This document shows positions 61,684 to 64,000 of a stretch of DNA of 64,000 nucleotides, one piece after another (within the stretch, counting starts at the first letter, position 1; each line of letters opens with the position of its first letter). A program made the translations under genes and the position numbers. Origin of the DNA: Oceanispirochaeta sp. (GTDB taxonomy: Bacteria; Spirochaetota; Spirochaetia; DSM-2461); the NCBI GenBank assembly GCA_963666275.2, contig CAXXOA010000002.1, positions 384,001 to 448,000 on the forward strand. The letters are read 5' to 3'. The notes below the pieces were generated by a model. The model did no database searches. It was not told the origin of the DNA and saw nothing but the letters and a program-made list of their open reading frames with translations.

Positions 61684-63477
61684 TCAGACCTTAACAAGAT
61701 ACCCTTCCAGAATTCCTTCTGTCAGCAGATCTACAAGATTTTCCCTGAGGGGGAACTCTTTTTTCAATTCCGAGACTGTTCTGGCCGAAGTCAGTGCCGT
61801 AAGCAAGTCGGCAGAATCAGCCGGGAGCTTTTCAAAACAGATTTCCCAGTCCCTTGTCCAGAAGATCCATGGAGCATCCTCCTGATCTAGAAAAGGCAGA
61901 ATCTCATCCATGTCCGCATAAACAGACTGGGGAATCAGAGAGGGTTGGAGAGCAAAGTCTCTGATAAGGGCTCCCTCATAACGGGAGATTACTGATTCAT
62001 CAGTCAGGACAATCCCCTCTGCCGGAGTCGTACCCGTGTCATTCCGGTTTTCCAAAATTTCAAGGACAGCCAGATAATTCAGAAGATCCCGGCGGGCTCT
62101 GTAAGCATCCCTGTCAGAGTAGAGAGTCGCAAGAAAACTCTGTATTTCATCGGGAAAGAGAGGGTTTTGCGTATCCGGATTCCGAAACAGTCCCCACTTC
62201 TCCACGAGTTCCGATCCCGACAGGTCCAGATCACCGCAGACAGCATTAAACCAGCTGATCCCTTTACCCTCGTTATAGAGCTGATCAGCCAGAGCCGACA
62301 GAATCTCCGCTTTCCCCAGATCATCAGCGGAAAAAGAGTCAGTTCCAGTTACCCGGTAGGGATCCCGGCAGAGGGCATGCAGTCCCAGAGAATCAGCCTG
62401 ATCATACAGGACAGTGCCTGGAAGCACAGAAAGGGGAAAAAGATCCAGATGATTGGGTTCCAGAGAGAGGGCATAATCAAGAGACATTCTGTAACTGTCC
62501 AGAGTATCCCCGGGAAGGCCGTATATCAGATCCAGTCCGAATGAGATCTGATACTCCGATAACAGAGCCATCTTTTCCCTGAAAGCCAGGGAGTCGAATT
62601 TCCGGTTTACAAGCTTCAGGGCTTCGGGGTTGCTGCTCTGCAGACCGATCTGGAGAGTACAGGGGATCTGCGAAAAAGCCTCAGCCGTTTCATCATCCAG
62701 AAATTCGGAACGGATTTCAAAATAAAAGTAGGTGTCAGGGGCTAGCTCGGAGATAAGGTTCAGTATTTCAAGGACCCGCGTTTTATTCACATTGAATGTC
62801 GGATCCAGGACAAAAACCTGCTCAATCCCTGCATCTCCAATGATCTGCAGCTCCTCACGGATCCTTTCCGGATCCAGAGTACGGACGATCCTGCTTCCTT
62901 TGGATTCAAAGCAGAAATCACAGGCAAAAGGACAGCCCCGGGACAGTTCCCAGAGGAGACCCGTATTTTTATTCAGATCAAGAGCTCCCGACAGGATCGG
63001 TGAAGGCAGAGAATTAAAGTCCCGGCAGAAAGCGGCTCTTTCCGGCCTGGAATGTGCAGACCAGATACCCGGTAGGCCATCGGGATTCCCTCTGCCGGCG
63101 AGGGCATCAACCAGGGGAGCAATGACCTCTTCCCCCTCACCCTGCATGGCGTAGTCCACACCGGAATCAACGAGAAAACTCTCCGGAGCCGCAGTAACTT
63201 CTGGACCTCCCGCCAGCAGGATCAGATGCGGATTCAGACTCTTCAGCAACCGGGCAACCTGGATAACAAGTTCCCGATTCCAGAGGTACACCGGAAAACC
63301 TATGAGGTCAGGCTGAGTCTCAGCGAGGGAATCGGCAATTTCTTCGGCAGTCTGATCCAGAAAATGATCTGCCAGCAGAACATCATGGCCTGTAATCATG
63401 GATTTCAGACAGGCGGCTGCCAGAGGTATCGCTCTGGTCGAAGGTTCCAGATGAACTGTAGCAAAGAGTATTTTCAT
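61684..63477 (-). CDS. B12-binding radical SAM protein
   Basis: GGPEV, GEGE cobalamin-binding region; SRGCPFACDFC; DLIYGLPG. Confidence 0.9.
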   Translation of the reverse strand: MKILFATVHLEPSTRAIPLAAACLKSMITGHDVLLADHFLDQTAEEIADSLAETQPDLIGFPVYLWNRELVIQVARLLKSLNPHLILLAGGPEVTAAPESFLVDSGVDYAMQGEGEEVIAPLVDALAGRGNPDGLPGIWSAHSRPERAAFCRDFNSLPSPILSGALDLNKNTGLLWELSRGCPFACDFCFESKGSRIVRTLDPERIREELQIIGDAGIEQVFVLDPTFNVNKTRVLEILNLISELAPDTYFYFEIRSEFLDDETAEAFSQIPCTLQIGLQSSNPEALKLVNRKFDSLAFREKMALLSEYQISFGLDLIYGLPGDTLDSYRMSLDYALSLEPNHLDLFPLSVLPGTVLYDQADSLGLHALCRDPYRVTGTDSFSADDLGKAEILSALADQLYNEGKGISWFNAVCGDLDLSGSELVEKWGLFRNPDTQNPLFPDEIQSFLATLYSDRDAYRARRDLLNYLAVLEILENRNDTGTTPAEGIVLTDESVISRYEGALIRDFALQPSLIPQSVYADMDEILPFLDQEDAPWIFWTRDWEICFEKLPADSADLLTALTSARTVSELKKEFPLRENLVDLLTEGILEGYLVKV

Positions 63478-63596
63478 ACTGACGATAGTAACAGAATCCC
63501 CTTTTTATAGACAGATACGGACAATTCTGTTTTTAGCAGTTTTCTAACAGAATTTTCACTGTTTAACACATCTCTGACAACTAGTTTCTTTTATAT

Positions 63597-64000
63597 ATGG
63601 AAAATCTATGGGGACAATGGGCATCTCTCCTTCAGGAGACGAAAGATAAAGCTTTCAAGCTTTCCCACAAGGGCAGACGTTTCGTTATTTTCAGCGACCT
63701 TCATATGGGGAACGGCGGAACCCGGGACGATTTTGCCCCGAACGGGCCGGCTTTTCAGAAAATACTCACAAACTTCTATCTGCCGGGAGAATACGACCTG
63801 ATTCTGAACGGGGATATTGAAGAGCTGCAGAAGTTTCAATGGGAACAGATCCGGCGGTACTGGAAGCCTCTCTACGCGGTCTTTGAGGATTTCAACAGAA
63901 AAGGAAAACTCCATAAAACTGTCGGGAATCATGATCTTATCCTTTCCGGTCGGAATATGGATTATCCATTCCAAGTCCATGAGAGCCTGGAAATTCACAG
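63597..64000 (+). CDS. Metallophosphoesterase, partial (runs off the window edge)
   Basis: Not in the ORF track. Manual translation gives FSDLHMG, LNGDIEEL, VGNHD. Confidence 0.82.
   Translation, partial: MENLWGQWASLLQETKDKAFKLSHKGRRFVIFSDLHMGNGGTRDDFAPNGPAFQKILTNFYLPGEYDLILNGDIEELQKFQWEQIRRYWKPLYAVFEDFNRKGKLHKTVGNHDLILSGRNMDYPFQVHESLEIH

Noticed and set aside
61684..63477. Radical SAM protein as the GRE activase
   Set aside because: It has an N-terminal cobalamin-binding domain, is much longer than PflA-type activases and lies 21 kb away.
63606..63998. Minus-strand 130-aa ORF
   Set aside because: The plus strand carries clear metallophosphoesterase motifs from 63597.

Overview
A 64 kb bacterial chromosomal segment, most likely from a free-living spirochaete (inferred from gene order and protein style, not verified). 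It starts with a housekeeping block (lptC-lptA-lptB-rpoN-hpf-hprK-ptsH-ntrY/ntrX-like, cheR-cheB, ymdB-like, rseC-like). Two identical tRNA-Leu(CAG) genes lie 20,032 bp apart, each with its own promoter and terminator. Between them are a membrane adenylate cyclase with a binding protein, a TRAP/two-component sugar-acid catabolic cluster, a GH13 enzyme, satP and a signal peptidase. The second tRNA is followed by a structured element carrying an inverted copy of the tRNA 3' end, then an AT-rich islet: a P-loop ATPase with a nuclease-like C-terminus, an eroded XRE gene, an attC-like palindrome and a stand-alone cyclase domain. Further right are argO/argP, an orphan glycyl radical enzyme with an unusual GCVD cysteine loop next to a carboxylate transporter and PucR/CdaR regulator, copB, cysM-osmC-metZ, a probable sucrose kinase / sucrose-6F-phosphate phosphorylase / LacI unit, and a GAF-PAS cyclase / HEAT / FHA signalling group. 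No integrase, transposase, CRISPR array or rRNA was seen. All calls come from reading motifs by eye; no database searches were run.
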